Below, piece after piece: positions 1-19,685 of a stretch of DNA of 64,000 nucleotides (its first letter is position 1; each line of letters begins with the position of its first letter). The notes under the pieces were generated by a model. The model saw nothing but the letters and a program-made list of their open reading frames with translations. It did no database searches and was not told the DNA's origin. A program made the position numbers and the translations under genes. Source of the DNA: Macrostomum lignano (lineage: Eukaryota); contig NIVC01001993.1 in NCBI GenBank assembly GCA_002269645.1, positions 124,001 through 188,000 of the forward strand. Reading direction: 5' to 3'.

Positions 1-162
<162 letters not shown>

Positions 163-1044
163 TCATAGTGCAGCGCACGGATGAATCACGCTCAGACGGT
201 CCCGAGCCCCAAGTTCCCCCTCGGTCCCAGCGACTCTATTCGTCAGCTCCTCCTTGTTTAGTGTTTGTTGGAGACCCTACCCAATTAGGACGCAGCGATG
301 AAGCCATTACTGGGGAGGGTGCAGGCCGATGGACGCGGAACCAGACTTGGGATTGGCACTGCTTTGTAGAGGATGTTGTTCGTAATCAATATTTAAGCTG
401 CCATATATCTTTACGATCTATCTGAGTAATATTAATACACTTTATTCTTATATCCGTCTGGGGGGAAATTTCCCGACCAGACAAGCTTGTAAACAAGGTT
501 TACTTACGAGCGTACATTTTGCAGACTTTAAAGTAGTGCGTGTGTCTGAGATATTATTGAAATTATGCACGCATCATCTTCAGATTCGATTTGGCTCTCT
601 TGAATTTTCGGAACTAGGAAAGACAAATCCAAAAAAACTTACTTGACCAAATGCGACCAGGCCATAGCGTTTGCCACTGGCTTATCGCCAGACAGTCTAT
701 ACGCGATTTGGTTAGATTAGAAAGAAAGAAAAAGCAGACGCCAGGAGAAGCAGACAGAGGCGTATCTATGCTAGCCTGTCTGACTTGACGCGATTCCGGT
801 TTTGCGAGAACCCAGTGTGCAGCAAAATATGCGTGCATGTGCGTAATAAACATTCCAGAGTCTACCAGTATAAGTCCCAGTCAGCCGCGATCCACCCCAT
901 TGGCTGTAGGCACTGAACGGGGAGATTTTATGCCTGCGCTGCACTGCCAACTTTGCCGAGTCCACTTAGCTTGCTGCTTTTGCTAACTTAACAGTTGGCT
1001 CACTGACTCTTGCAGTCTGCTGGGCACCCCGCCTGCTTCAGCTT

Positions 1045-3830
1045 TTCTAGGGTGAGATTCGGATATGGAAGCTATTCTAGGGTGAGATTCGGATATGGAA
1101 GCGATTCTAGGGTGAGATTCAGAAATGGAAGCGATTCTAGGGTGAGATTCGGATATGGAAGCTATTCTAGGGTGAGATTCGGATATGGAAGCGATTCTAG
1201 GGTGAGATTCGGATATGGAAGCGATTCTAGGGTGAGACTCCGTTATGGAAGCGATTCTAGGGTGAGATTTGGATATGGAAACTCCAAATCTATCCAAATA
1301 GGGTGAGAATTGGATATGGAAGCGATTCTAGGGTGAGAATCGGATATGGAAGCGATTCTAGGGTGAGAATCGAATATGGAAGCGATTCTAGGGTGAGATT
1401 AGGATATGGAAGCGATTCTAGGGTGAGATTCGGATATGGAAGCTATTCTAGGGTGAGATTCGGATATGGAAGCTATTCTAGGGTGAGATTCGGATATGGA
1501 AGCTATTCTAGGGTGAGACTCCGTTATGGAAGCGATTCTAGGGTGAGATTTGGATATGGAAGCGATTCTAGGGTGAGAATTGGATATGGAAGCGATTCTA
1601 GGGTGAGATTTGGATATGGAAGCTATTCTAGGGTGAGATTCGGATATGGAAGCTATTCTAGGGTGAGATTCGGATATGGAAGCGATTCTAGGGTGAGATT
1701 CGGATATGGAAGCGATTCTAGGGTGAGACTCCGTTATGGAAGCGATTCTAGGGTGAGATTTGGATATGGAAACTCCAAATCTATCCAAATAGGGTGAGAA
1801 TTGGATATGGAAGCGATTCTAGGGTGAGAATCGGATATGGAAGCGATTCTAGGGTGAGAATCGGATATGGAAGCGATTCTAGGGTGAGATTAGGATATGG
1901 AAGCGATTCTAGGGTGAGATTCGGATATGGAAGCTATTCTAGGGTGAGATTCGGATATGGAAGCGATTCTAGGGTGAGATTCGGATATGGAAGCGATTCT
2001 AGGGTGAGATTCGGATATGGAAGCTATTCTAGGGTGAGATTCGGATATGGAAGCGATTCTAGGGTGAGATTCAGAAATGGAAGCGATTCTAGGGTAAGAA
2101 TCGGATATGGAAGCGATTCTAGGGTGAGAATCGGATATGGAAGCTATTCTAGGGTGAGAATTGGATATGGAAGCGATTCTAGGGTGAGATTCGGATATGG
2201 AAGCGATTCTAGGGTGAGATTAGGATATGGAAGCGATTCTAGGGTGAGAATTGGATATGGAAGCGATTCTAGGGTGAGATTCGGATATGGAAGCGATTCT
2301 AGGGTGAGATTAGGATATGGAAGCGATTCTAGGGTGAGAATCGGATATGGAAGCGATTCTAGGGTGAGATTCGGATATGGAAGCGATTCTAGGGTGAGAA
2401 TCGGATATGGAAGCTATTCTAGGGTAAGACTCCGTTATGGAAGCGATTCTAGGGTGAGAATTGGATATGGAAGCGATTCTAGGGTGAGACTCCGTTATGG
2501 AAGCGATTCTAGGGTGAGATTTGGATATGGAAACTCCAAATCTATCCAAATAGGGTGAGAATTGGATATGGAAGCGATTCTAGGGTGAGAATCGGATATG
2601 GAAGCGATTCTAGGGTGAGATTAGGATATGGAAGCGATTCTAGGGTGAGAATCGGATATGGAAGCGATTCTAGGGTGAGATTAGGATATGGAAGCGATTC
2701 TAGGGTGAGAAGCGGATATGAAAGCGATTCTAGGGTGAGAATCGGATATGGAAGCGATTCTAGGGTGAGATTCGGATATGGAAGCAATTCTAGGGTGAGA
2801 ATCGGATATGGAAGCGATTCTAGGGTGAGATTCGGATATGGAAGCGATTCTAGGGTGAGATTAGGATATGGAAGCGATTCTAGGGTGAGAATTGGATATG
2901 GAAGCGATTCTAGGGTGAGATTCGGATATGGAAGCGATTCTAGGGTGAGATTAGGATATGGAAGCGATTCTAGGGTGAGAATCGGATATGGAAGCGATTC
3001 TAGGGTGAGAATCGAATATGGAAGCGATTCTAGGGTGAGATTAGGATATGGAAGCGATTCTAGGGTGAGATTCGGATATGGAAGCTATTCTAGGGTGAGA
3101 TTCGGATATGGAAGCTATTCTAGGGTGAGATTCGGATATGGAAGCTATTCTAGGGTGAGACTCCGTTATGGAAGCGATTCTAGGGTGAGATTTGGATATG
3201 GAAGCGATTCTAGGGTGAGAATTGGATATGGAAGCGATTCTAGGGTGAGATTTGGATATAGAAGCTATTCTAGGGTGAGATTTGGATAAGGAAGCTATTC
3301 TAGGGTGAGATTTGGATAAGGAAGCTATTCTAGGGTGAGATTTGGATAAGGAAGCTATTCTAGGGTGAGATTTGGATAAAGAAGCTATTCTAGGGTGAGA
3401 TTTGGATAAGGAAGCGATTCTAGGGTGAGATTTGGATATGGAAGCTATTCTAGGGTGAGAATCGGATATGGAAGCTATTCTAGGGTGAGATTTGGATAAA
3501 GAAGCTATTCTAGGGTGAGATTTGGATAAGGAAGCTATTCTAGGGTGAGAATCGGATATGGAAGCTATTCTAGGTTGAGAATCGGATATGGAAGCTATTC
3601 TAGGTTGAGAATTGGATATGGAAGCTATTCTAGGGTGAGAATTGGATAAGGAAGCGATTCTAGGGTGAGATTTGGATATGGAAGCGATTCTAGGGTGAGA
3701 ATCGGATATGGAAGCGATTCTAGGGTGAGATTTGGATATGGAAGCTATTCTAGGGTGAGAATCGGATATGGAAGCTATTCTAGGGTGAGATTTCGTTATG
3801 GAAGCTATTCTGTGGTTAGATGCGGATGTA
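1045..3830. repeat. 30-bp tandem minisatellite (TCTAGGGTGAGATTCGGATATGGAAGCGAT), ~90 units, with three 41-bp variant units
   Basis: Unit read directly. 41-bp variants start at 1260, 1751 and 2512. The RVRFGYGSDS ORFs arise from the repeat. Confidence 0.97.
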
Positions 3831-4281
3831 AAATTGGAAGATATTCCAACAATTTTTGAAGCTCCAAGCTTTTAAAGTTGTACCTAAATAGACAGACGCG
3901 CGAACATTTCCCTGACCATAAGCTTGTTAAACCCAGCAAGGTGCGCATGACACAGCGAATCCAGACAGTCAGCCAGTGCACCCGAACTTCATAGTTTAGC
4001 AGATTCTCCAGCGCATTTGGACTGGCAAAAACCCAGACGGGGTTGACGAGGGAGGGCCCAAGAAGCGGTGGAGCATTTAATAGTGCATTTCTGTTTTAGA
4101 GAATTTCTTGCGCTGCGGGAGTTTCTTCTGGCGGGAAATTTTCCTCTACCCCTTCGGTCTGGCCAGGGTTGGAGTGTCCGAGATTTTGTGGCGACGCTTC
4201 CAGAGTGATCATAAAAATGCTTCGGCGGTGGCCGAAGCTGGGGAAGAACATCAGGAACCCAGCAATGCGAATATGACTGAT

Positions 4282-5000
<719 letters not shown>

Positions 5001-5517
5001 CTAAGACACGTCATTACTCATTACATTAAGTTCCAGGCCCTTAAGTATAATATTTACTCGTACGATACACAGGGGGGCACACTGAAGGATTTTGTTTATA
5101 CACCCGTATTATTCTATAAAACTTACTTTTAGTAGAACTTAACGAGTGCATTCTAACGAAATGAATAGTAAAACAAACAACTAAGAAGAGGCGCAGAAAG
5201 CGATGGAACATGGAATTCGCCGTGTCAGCGAGTATGCCATGGCAGTAACTGCACACAGCACCAGGCCAGGCCAAGCACCAAATAATTGCAGTGACGTTAA
5301 ATAGATGACCAATTAGATGACGAAATACCCTTTACGTGCACATTCTAACAGAAATGTTTACAGTAGCAAGCCTTATAAATGCATTTTCTTGCTAAGCGAA
5401 AGGCAGAATAATCATTCGGAGTGAGTTTATTGGCACCAGCGGTAAGTTCAAACTTGACTTCAAACCTGACTTTTTCATGGCTTTTTGATAGCGCGTCGAT
5501 TAAGATAAAAAGAAAAT

Positions 5518-5813
5518 CACATCCTCCAGAATCTATCAGAGCGTTGCCACATCCTCCAGCACCCATCAGAGGGTTGCCACATCCTCCAGCATCTATCAGA
5601 GAATTCTTACATCCTCCAACCTCCATCAGAAGGTTGCCATCTCCTCCAGCACCCATCAGAGGGTTGCCACATCCTCCAACACCCATCAGAGGGTTGCCAC
5701 ATCCTCCAACATCCATCAGAGGGTTGCCACATCCTCCAACACCCATCAGAGGGTTGCCATCTCCTCCATCATCCATCAGAGGGTTGCCACGTCCTCCATC
5801 ATCCATCAGAGGG
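5518..5813. repeat. 30-bp degenerate minisatellite (CATCCTCCAGCACCCATCAGAGGGTTGCCA), ~10 units
   Basis: 30-bp periodicity visible upstream of the Rab ATG. Confidence 0.92.
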
Positions 5814-5933
5814 CGATACCCTCGAAACCTACCGACCCGCTAATGAGTTCCAATTAAGATACTCCAGTGGGTTGCTACATCTTTCAAGAATTTTTCTGTT
5901 TCCCCAGAAACAAGGCAGGATCTCCTAAACTCA

Positions 5934-7053
<1,120 letters not shown>

Positions 7054-7194
7054 CGCGTAATTTTACAGAGCAATGTGTTTCAATGATTTTCAATATCTTA
7101 GAACACGTAATCCTAAATTTAGAAGTCTCGAATATGAATTCAGTAGTGCGTATTCCTTGATGCTTGCATCTTCAGTCTCCACATCCTTAACTTG

Positions 7195-7743
7195 CATCCT
7201 CAGACCCTACATCCTCAATCCCCACTTCCTCAATCCCCACATCCTCATTCCCTACATCCTCAATCCCCACATCCTCAATCCCCACATCCTCAATCCCCAC
7301 ATCCTCAATCCCCACTTCCTCAATCCCCGCATCCTCAATCCCCACATCCTCAATCCCCACATTCTCAATCCTCACATCTTCAATCCCCACATCCTCAATC
7401 CCCGCATTCTCAATCCCCACATCCTCAATCCCCACATCCTCAATCCCCACTTCCTCAATCCCCGCATCCTCAATCCCCACATCCTCAATCCTCACATCTT
7501 CAATCCCCACATCCTCAATCCCCACATCCTCAATCCCCACATCCTCAATCCCCACTTCCTCAATCCCCGCATCCTCAATCCCCACATCCTCAATCCCCAC
7601 ATTCTCAATCCTCACATCCTCAATCCCCGCATCCTCAATCCCCACATCCTCAATCCCCACATCCTCAATCCTCACATCTTCAATCCCCACATCCTCAATC
7701 CCCACATCCTCAATCCCCACATCCTCAATCCTCACATCCTCAA
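7195..7743. repeat. 15-bp minisatellite (CATCCTCAATCCCCA), ~36 units
   Basis: Direct reading; starts ~140 nt after the Rab stop codon. Confidence 0.96.
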
Positions 7744-7979
7744 GTTAATCCCTTCCCTAATTGCTATTATTATTTACTTGCATTAAAAAGCAACTTTTAC
7801 AGAGTTTATAAATATTCTTCAGAAAAATGAAATGCGTTTAGTGTAGAATAAAGTCAAGTCCTGCTCTAACCAAGTTTATAAGTTGACTTTTTAGGCTAGC
7901 CAAAAGGGGCTGAGAATAACCAAAATATGTCACATCGTTCTTGCAGTAGGTTAAATAAAACATAAAACATGCCATGTGT

Positions 7980-8827
7980 GCAAAACTATCTGCGCGTTAA
8001 GGTCACTCGCCAAAACTATCTGCGCGCTAAGGTCACTCGCCAAAACTATCTGCGTGCTAAGGTCACTATAGCCAAAACTATCTGCGTGCTTAGGTCACTA
8101 TAGCCAAAACTATCTGCGCGCTAAGGTCACTATAGCCAAAACTATCTGCGCGCTTAGGTCACTATAGCCAAAACTATCTGCGCGCTAAGGTCACTCGCCA
8201 AAACTATCTGCGTGCTAAGGTCACTATAGCCAAAACTATCTGCGCGCTTAGGTCACTATAGCCAAAACTATCTGCGCGCTTAGGTCACTATAGCCAAAAC
8301 TATCTGCGCGCTAAGGTCACTCGCCAAAACTATCTGCGTGCTAAGGTCACTATAGCCAAAACTATCTGCGCGCTAAGGTCACTCGCCAAAACTATCTGCG
8401 TGCTAAGGTCACTATAGCCAAAACTATCTGCGCGCTAAGGTCACTATAGCCAAAACTATCTGCGTGCTTAGGTCACTATAGCCAAAACTATCTGCGCGCT
8501 TAGGTCACTATAGCCAAAACTATCTGCGTGCTTAGGTCACTATAGCCAAAACTATCTGCGCGCTAAGGTCACTATAGCCAAAACTATCTGCGCGCTTAGG
8601 TCACTATAGCCAAAACTATCTGCGTGCTTAGGTCACTATAGCCAAAACTATCTGCGCGCTAAGGTCACTCGCCAAAACTATCTGCGTGCTTAGGTCACTA
8701 TAGCCAAAACTATCTGCGCGCTTAGGTCACTATAGCCAAAACTATCTGCGCGCTTAGGTCACTATAGCCAAAACTATCTGCGCGCTTAGGTCACTATAGC
8801 CAAAACTATCTGCGCGCTTAGGTCACT
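7980..8827. repeat. 32/30-bp minisatellite (GCCAAAACTATCTGCGCGCTAAGGTCACTATA)
   Basis: Direct reading; the 30-bp variant ends GGTCACTC. Confidence 0.96.
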
Positions 8828-8839
8828 TCACTAAGGATC

Positions 8840-10203
8840 TCAGCGCGCTCCGAGAGGCTTCGGATGCAGGCGCATAGCCGAGCAGGAAGTCTCATCACCG
8901 TAATTTTCCTCCTCTTGGAAATCCAGCTCCCGTCTTCCGCTCTCGAGCCAAGTCTGTTCGATCCGGTTAAATTCGGATTGAATCGCTCGGCTGACCTGGC
9001 GCGCTGGTCCCGCCTTTCCTGAGCCCCGCAAATTTTCTTCCCATATGTCTGCATATGCAGACCCAGCTTAGAAATTAATAATTATTCTTGCCTAAGTCGA
9101 TTTCCCCCCAGGGGCAGAGGAGATTCCCAGACAGCCGTCGTACTAGTGGGTGGTCGCTCATGACAGATGGTTAATTCCCATTCCAATTTCTGTCTATAAT
9201 GGAGGATATCCTTCCCTTGTTTTAAGCCCTGGATACTAATGGCTAAATTATGTCTTCGTCTTTCCAGGGGCTTGTAAACGTACTTTTATGTATAGCTCGT
9301 ATAAGAACATAGATTGAGTAAACTAATTATGCTGCTTGCTGAAATGACTGCGGGAAGTGCGGGAACTGAGTGACCTTGACGCTGCTGGCTGATGGAACAG
9401 TGCGGGAACTGAGTGACCTTGACGCTGCTGGCTGATGGAACAGTGCGGGAACTGAGTGACCTTGACGCTGCTGGCTGATGGAACAGTGCGGGTACTGAGT
9501 GATCTTGACGCTGCTGGCTGATGGAACAGTGCGGGAACTGAGTGACCTTGACGCTGCTGGCTGATGGAACAGTGCGGGAACTGAGTGACCTTGACGCTGC
9601 TGGCTGATGGAACAGTGCGGGTACTGAGTGACCTTGACGCTGCTGGCTGATGGAACAGTGCGGGAACTGAGTGACCTTGACGCTGCTGGCTGATGGAACA
9701 GTGCGGGTACTGAGTGACCTTGACGCTGCTGGCTGATGGAACAGTGCGGGAACTGAGTGACCTTGACGCTGCTGGCTGATGGAACAGTGCGGGTACTGAG
9801 TGACCTTGACGCTGCTGGCTGATGGAACAGTGCGGGTACTGAGTGACCTTGACGCTGCTGGCTGATGGAACAGTGCGGGTACTGAGTGATCTTGACGCTG
9901 CTGGCTGATGGAACAGTGCGGGTACTGAGTGACCTTGACGCTGCTGGCTGATGGAACAGTGCGGGAACTGAGTGACCTTGACGCTGCTGGCTGATGGAAC
10001 AGTGCGGGAACTGAGTGACCTTGACGCTGCTGGCTGATGGAACAGTGCGGGTACTGAGTGACCTTGACGCTGCTGGCTGATGGAACAGTGCGGGAACTGA
10101 GTGATCTTGGTGCTGCTGGCTGATTCCAGTAAACTTTCTACCTGCAGGTACTCAAAAGTTGATTCAGCGCAGGCTTTCACACCAACCAGGAGAGCACGCG
10201 AGG
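8840..10203 (-). CDS. Probable exons of an unidentified minus-strand gene (10203-10142 and ~9018-8840)
   Basis: Exon 10203-10142 has acceptor TTTTTGCTGCAG and donor CAG|GTAGAA and encodes [20 protein letters not shown]. The GC-rich segment 9018-8840 has two open frames, so the acceptor and frame are ambiguous. Confidence 0.35.
9345..10124. repeat. 43-bp minisatellite (GGAACAGTGCGGGAACTGAGTGACCTTGACGCTGCTGGCTGAT), ~18 units
   Basis: Direct reading; the ORF peptide repeats every 43 aa, which is 3 units. Confidence 0.97.
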
Positions 10204-10669
10204 CTGCAGCAAAAATTCTGCCTCCCTTTAAAAAGTGACTCAGTTTTTCGAAACTTTTTTGTTAAGTGCATTTTTTAAGCGACGTATTTTTAACAAAAAG
10301 ATCCCTGAAAAGGACTTGGCGCTTCTCTATCATTCCTTCCTTCACACAGCCCAGTCCCCCTGCCCCCCGCCCCACTCCGAAGCCTTTCGCCTGATCGCCC
10401 GCGTGCCTCGACGGGCCGCGAGGAGCGCGAAAGCTGTGGAGTAGGGATGTGACTAGGACGAAATCCTACCGCGCGAGACAGAGGGCCCTGCTCTGGGAGA
10501 TTTTGATAAGCAGCGACAGGGGGGAAAGGATTTCGATTGGTTGTGTGAAAGGGGAAAATATCCCTTCGACGGAAAAAGAGGAGGGACTGAATTAAAAAAC
10601 GCTGCCAAGGCTGACCAGGTGGACAAATTTTGGCTAGCGCGGCACTCAGAGGCATTTCTCAGCCTAGGG

Positions 10670-11368
<699 letters not shown>

Positions 11369-11555
11369 TCAATTTGAGCCCCGATGAACAATAACAGTGA
11401 TTTATTGTAGAATGTTTTTCCCCAAATCATACATTATTGGCCCCTCCCCAAAAAAGCTGTAAAAATGAATACAGATACCAGAGACTAGACTGGCAATAAT
11501 GGAAGGTTAATATGAAGCAATATTTTAAGTTAATGGCCAAGGTCACGAGTGCGCG

Positions 11556-11640
11556 TAGGGCTAGGGTTAGGGTTATGGTTAGGGTTAGGGTTAGGGTAAG
11601 GGTTAGGGTTGGGGTTAGGGTTAGGGTTAGGGTTAGGGTT
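11556..11640 (+). repeat. Interstitial telomeric (TTAGGG)n tract, ~14 units with variants
   Basis: TTAGGG units with TTATGG, TAAGGG and TTGGGG variants. Confidence 0.93.
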
Positions 11641-12258
11641 TGCACACGAGTGGCAATTTGGCCATTACCTTAAATTTTTTATTCATATTACCTGCATTTT
11701 ATTGAACTGTCTATGGTCGAAACAGGACTTTCAGTAAATGACCAGCCATGAAGCAGCGGTCATTACCGTGATGTGACAGTTTGATCAATGCGACGCGCGT
11801 ATATTCAAAGTTTTCTATGTATTCTCTTTCAAATGGTCGTTCACCTTATCGAAATGTTATTAATTTATTGTCAATTTTAATGCATTAAATTGAGCTGGAA
11901 TCCTAAATACCCAAGAGTGCTCACAGTAATCATGTTGAAGATTGCTGGAGAAATTGAAGACACGAGAAATAATTAGATGCGCTCTCTCGTCAAATGTCAA
12001 TTTAAATTCACTGGAAACAGGAAGAGCTCATTGCGTTTCAGGGAGGCTTTCGGATAGACTGACTGACTGGCGGATCCCTACTGGGAGAATGGCTTTTTCC
12101 AAAATTTTTGTTTAGCTATTCGAACTTTTACCTAAATTCGTATTCCACTTCGTAAATTATTAAACAAACTGACGTCTGAGTAGTCTATACCAAACAGGTA
12201 GTATAAATCTGGGGCAGAGTTTGAATTTATTTAGTAGGTGAGTTGCCTTTATAAGGAA

Positions 12259-12952
12259 AGTCATTATCACAGGTGAGAGCTGTGTCTTTCACCGGGAAAA
12301 GCTGGTCATTATCACAGGTGAGAGCTGTCTCTATCACCGGGAAAAGCTGGTCATTATCACAGGTGAGAGCTGTGTCTTTCACCGGGAAAAGCTGGTCATT
12401 ATCACAGGTGAGAGCTGTCTCTTTCACCGGGAAAAGCTGGTCATTATCACAGGTGAGAGCTGTCTCTTTCACCGGGAAAAGCTGGTCATTATCACAGGTG
12501 AGAGCTGTGTCTTTCACCGGGAAAAGCTGGTCATTATCACAGATGAGAGCTGTCTCTATCACCGGGAAAAGCTGATCATTATCACAGGTGAGAGCTGGTC
12601 ATTATCACAGGTGAGAGCTGTCTCTTTCACCGGGAAAAGCTGGTCATTATCACAGGTGAGAGCTGTCTCTTTCACCGGGAAAAGCTGGTCATTATCACAG
12701 GTGAGAGCTGTGTCTTTCACCGGGAAAAGCTGGTCATTATCACAGATGAGAGCTGTCTCTATCACCGGGAAAAGCTGATCATTATCACAGGTGAGAGCTG
12801 GTCATTATCACAGGTGAGAGCTCTCTCTATCACCGGGAAAAGCTGATCATTATCACAGATGAGAGCTGTCTCTATCACCGGGAAAAGCTGGTCATTATCA
12901 CAGGTGAGAGCTGTCTCTATCAACGGGAAAAGCTGGTCATTATCACAGGTAA
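12259..12952. repeat. 45-bp minisatellite (GGTCATTATCACAGGTGAGAGCTGTGTCTTTCACCGGGAAAAGCT) with truncated units
   Basis: Direct reading; 15-aa periodicity in the ORFs. Confidence 0.96.
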
Positions 12953-13373
12953 AAGCCACTACTAATATATCAAGAACTGGTTTCAGCTCAAAAGTACTTT
13001 AAAAGTAGTAAACTGGCTAGACTCAGATAAAGTGCAGTTGAACTAATGTAAGCTAAGCCATGAAAATTGAGAGCAACGTAGACAAACTGGTCGCCAAGGT
13101 GTGCCAGCAGTTACTAAGGGAATGATAAGCGCGCGATATCATGAGATAATCTGCTTTGCTTTCAGCGGGTTCGATGGGATGGATGGACAGAGGATTAACG
13201 AGGAAGATAATAAAAGAGGATTTAGCTCTGCACCTTCCATCGAACAGTGTCGGAGAAAAGAGCTGCCTCACGATAGATGGAAATTTAATCCTGAAACTGG
13301 AGTATCCAGACAGTTATGGAATGTAGTTTCATTTAGAAAATGACACATAATTGATAGATAAATGATGAATGAC

Positions 13374-13828
<455 letters not shown>

Positions 13829-14301
13829 TTGTAGGGAATAGAAAAAGCATGTCAGACGTATTGAAATGGAACTTGATGGAGCAGTGGGAAAGCGGATCCC
13901 AATTTAATTGCAAATATGTTGCCAAGATTTTCCGGCACATCAACCCGTTCATCGAAATCGATTTGGAATTTGCATAAAGTTGACAGAGCATTACTGTTAG
14001 TAGCACAACCACACTTTATATAAAAATGATGAAAGGATTTATTGACCCGGCGGGGTTAATATTTCAGAGTTTAGGAAGCTACAGTCATAAACTTGCAGCT
14101 CTATACTCTTTCTCTATACACAATTAACAATGTTTATGCCTCTGTGTCGGTGCTGCGACAAACGGAAGGCTTGACTATCTGGAGACAGAGCACAATAGAA
14201 AACAGCCAACAGCAGGCCATTGGTTAAGCTAAAATTTAAAGCAAAGTTGAGCACAGAAGTTTTTCTCTCGCCTTTGGCACAGCAGTTAAGCAGTTTGCTC
14301 A

Positions 14302-16659
<2,358 letters not shown>

Positions 16660-17330
16660 GTATGTCAGCTTGGCCTTCTTATTGTTAATGTGTGTCAGCT
16701 TGGCCTTCTTATTGTTAATGTGTGTCAGCTTGGCCTTCTTATTGTTAATCTGTGTCAGCTTGGCCTTCTTATTGTTAATGTGTGTCAGCTTGGCCTTCTT
16801 ATTGTTAATGTGTGTCAGCTTGGCCTTCTTATTGTTAATGTGTGTCAGCTTGGCCTTCTTATTGTTAATGTGTGTCAGCTTGGCCTTCTTATTGTTAATG
16901 TGTGTCAGCTTGGCCTTCTTATTGTTAATGTGTGTCAGCTTGGCCTTCTTATTGTTAATGTGTGTCAGCTTGGCCTTCTTATTGTTAATGTGTGTCAGCT
17001 TGGCCTTCTTATTGTTAATGTGTGTCAGCTTGGCCTTCTTATTGTTAATGTGTGTCAGCTTGGCCTTCTTATTGTTAATGTGTGTCAGCTTGGCCTTCTT
17101 ATTGTTAATGTGTGTCAGCTTGGCCTTCTTATTGTTAATGTGTGTCAGCTTGGCCTTCTTATTGTTAATGTGTGTCAGCTTGGCCTTCTTATTGTTAATG
17201 TGTGTCAGCTTGGCCTTCTTATTGTTAATGTGTGTCAGCTTGGCCTTCTTATTGTTAATGTGTGTCAGCTTGGCCTTCTTATTGTTAATGTGTGTCAGCT
17301 TGGCCTTCTTATTGTTAATCTGTGGCAGCT
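16660..17330. repeat. Near-perfect 30-bp minisatellite (GTGTCAGCTTGGCCTTCTTATTGTTAATGT) beginning at the splice donor
   Basis: Direct reading; the first unit begins GTATGTCAGC, which is the donor. Confidence 0.97.
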
Positions 17331-18068
17331 CATAGCTTGGCCTTCTTGTTGTTAATCTGTGGCAGCTCATAGCTTGGCCTTCTTGTTGTTAATCTGTATC
17401 ATCTCATAGCTTGGCCTTCTTGTTGTTAATCTGTGTCATCTCATAGCTTGGCCTTCTTGTTGTTAATCTGTGTCAGCTCATAGCTTGGCCTTCTTGTTGT
17501 TAATCTGTGGCAGCTCATAGCTTGGCCTTCTTGTTGTTAATCTGTGTCATCTCATAGCTTGGCCTTCTTGTTGTTAATCTGTGGCAGCTCATAGCTTGGC
17601 CTTCTTGTTGTTAATCTGTGTCATCTCATAGCTTGGCCTTCTTGTTGTTAATCTGTGTCAGCTCATAGCTTCGCATTCTTGTTGTTAATCTGTGGCAGCT
17701 CATAGCTTCGCATTCTTGTTGTTAATCTGTGGCAGCTCATAGCTTGGCCTTCTTGTTGTTAATCTGTGTCATCTCATAGCTTGGCCTTCTTGTTGTTAAT
17801 CTGTGGCAGCTCATAGCTTGGCCTTCTTGTTGTTAATCTGTGGCAGCTCATAGCTTGGCCTTCTTGTTGTTAATCTGTGGCAGCTCATAGCTTGGCCTTC
17901 TTGTTGTTAATCTGTGGCAGCTCATAGCTTGGCCTTCTTGTTGTTAATCTGTGGCAGCTCATAGCTTGGCCTTCTTGTTGTTAATCTGTGGCAGCTCATA
18001 GCTTGGCCTTCTTGTTGTTAATCTGTGGCAGCTCATAGCTTCGCATTCTTGTTGTTAACCTGTGGCAG
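17321..18068. repeat. 37-bp minisatellite (GTGGCAGCTCATAGCTTGGCCTTCTTGTTGTTAATCT), derived from the adjacent 30-mer
   Basis: Equals the 30-bp unit plus a 7-bp TCATAGC insertion and a few substitutions. Confidence 0.96.
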
Positions 18069-18397
18069 CGCTACTGCCAAATCTTGGGCACAGGGACACA
18101 ACTGAACTTTCCGGCAGAAGAGAGCAAGGGTCGGTGCAGGACACCCTAAAAAGATTAATTAAGTTAATCCAAGCCTACTTGTACCTGAACACGCAGCTTA
18201 ATTATCAGGCATAAATATTTCATATCGCTTAAATTGACTGTGATAAAGTTTTACGACTTCTATAGTTTATGCGAGATTATCAATCTACTAATGAGTAATA
18301 TGTCTTGCGTGACAAATAAAGCTCCCTGTAGCCACAGTAAAAATTGCGATTGGCCAGAGCTTCCCCATTTAACCTGCCTTCAATCACCCCCCACTCA

Positions 18398-19685
<1,288 letters not shown>

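Noticed and set aside
1010-3859. RVRFGYGSDS repeat ORFs as a Gly/Tyr-rich eggshell- or adhesive-like protein
   Set aside because: The frame is broken by 41-bp units and by repeated in-frame TAA variants after 3287. There is no ATG start or signal peptide, and the open frame follows from the 30-bp unit.
7980-8827. TTAGGTCACTATAG resembles SP6/T7 promoter ends (possible vector contamination)
   Set aside because: It is only a partial match inside a naturally varying tandem unit, with no vector sequence around it.
13166-13300. Possible upstream exon of the coiled-coil gene (acceptor TTTGCTTTCAG)
   Set aside because: There is no convincing donor or matching downstream acceptor.
16660-17355. VCQLGLLIVN repeat extension of the 959-aa ORF
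   Set aside because: It is read-through into an intronic minisatellite; the donor at 16660 joins in phase to 18405.
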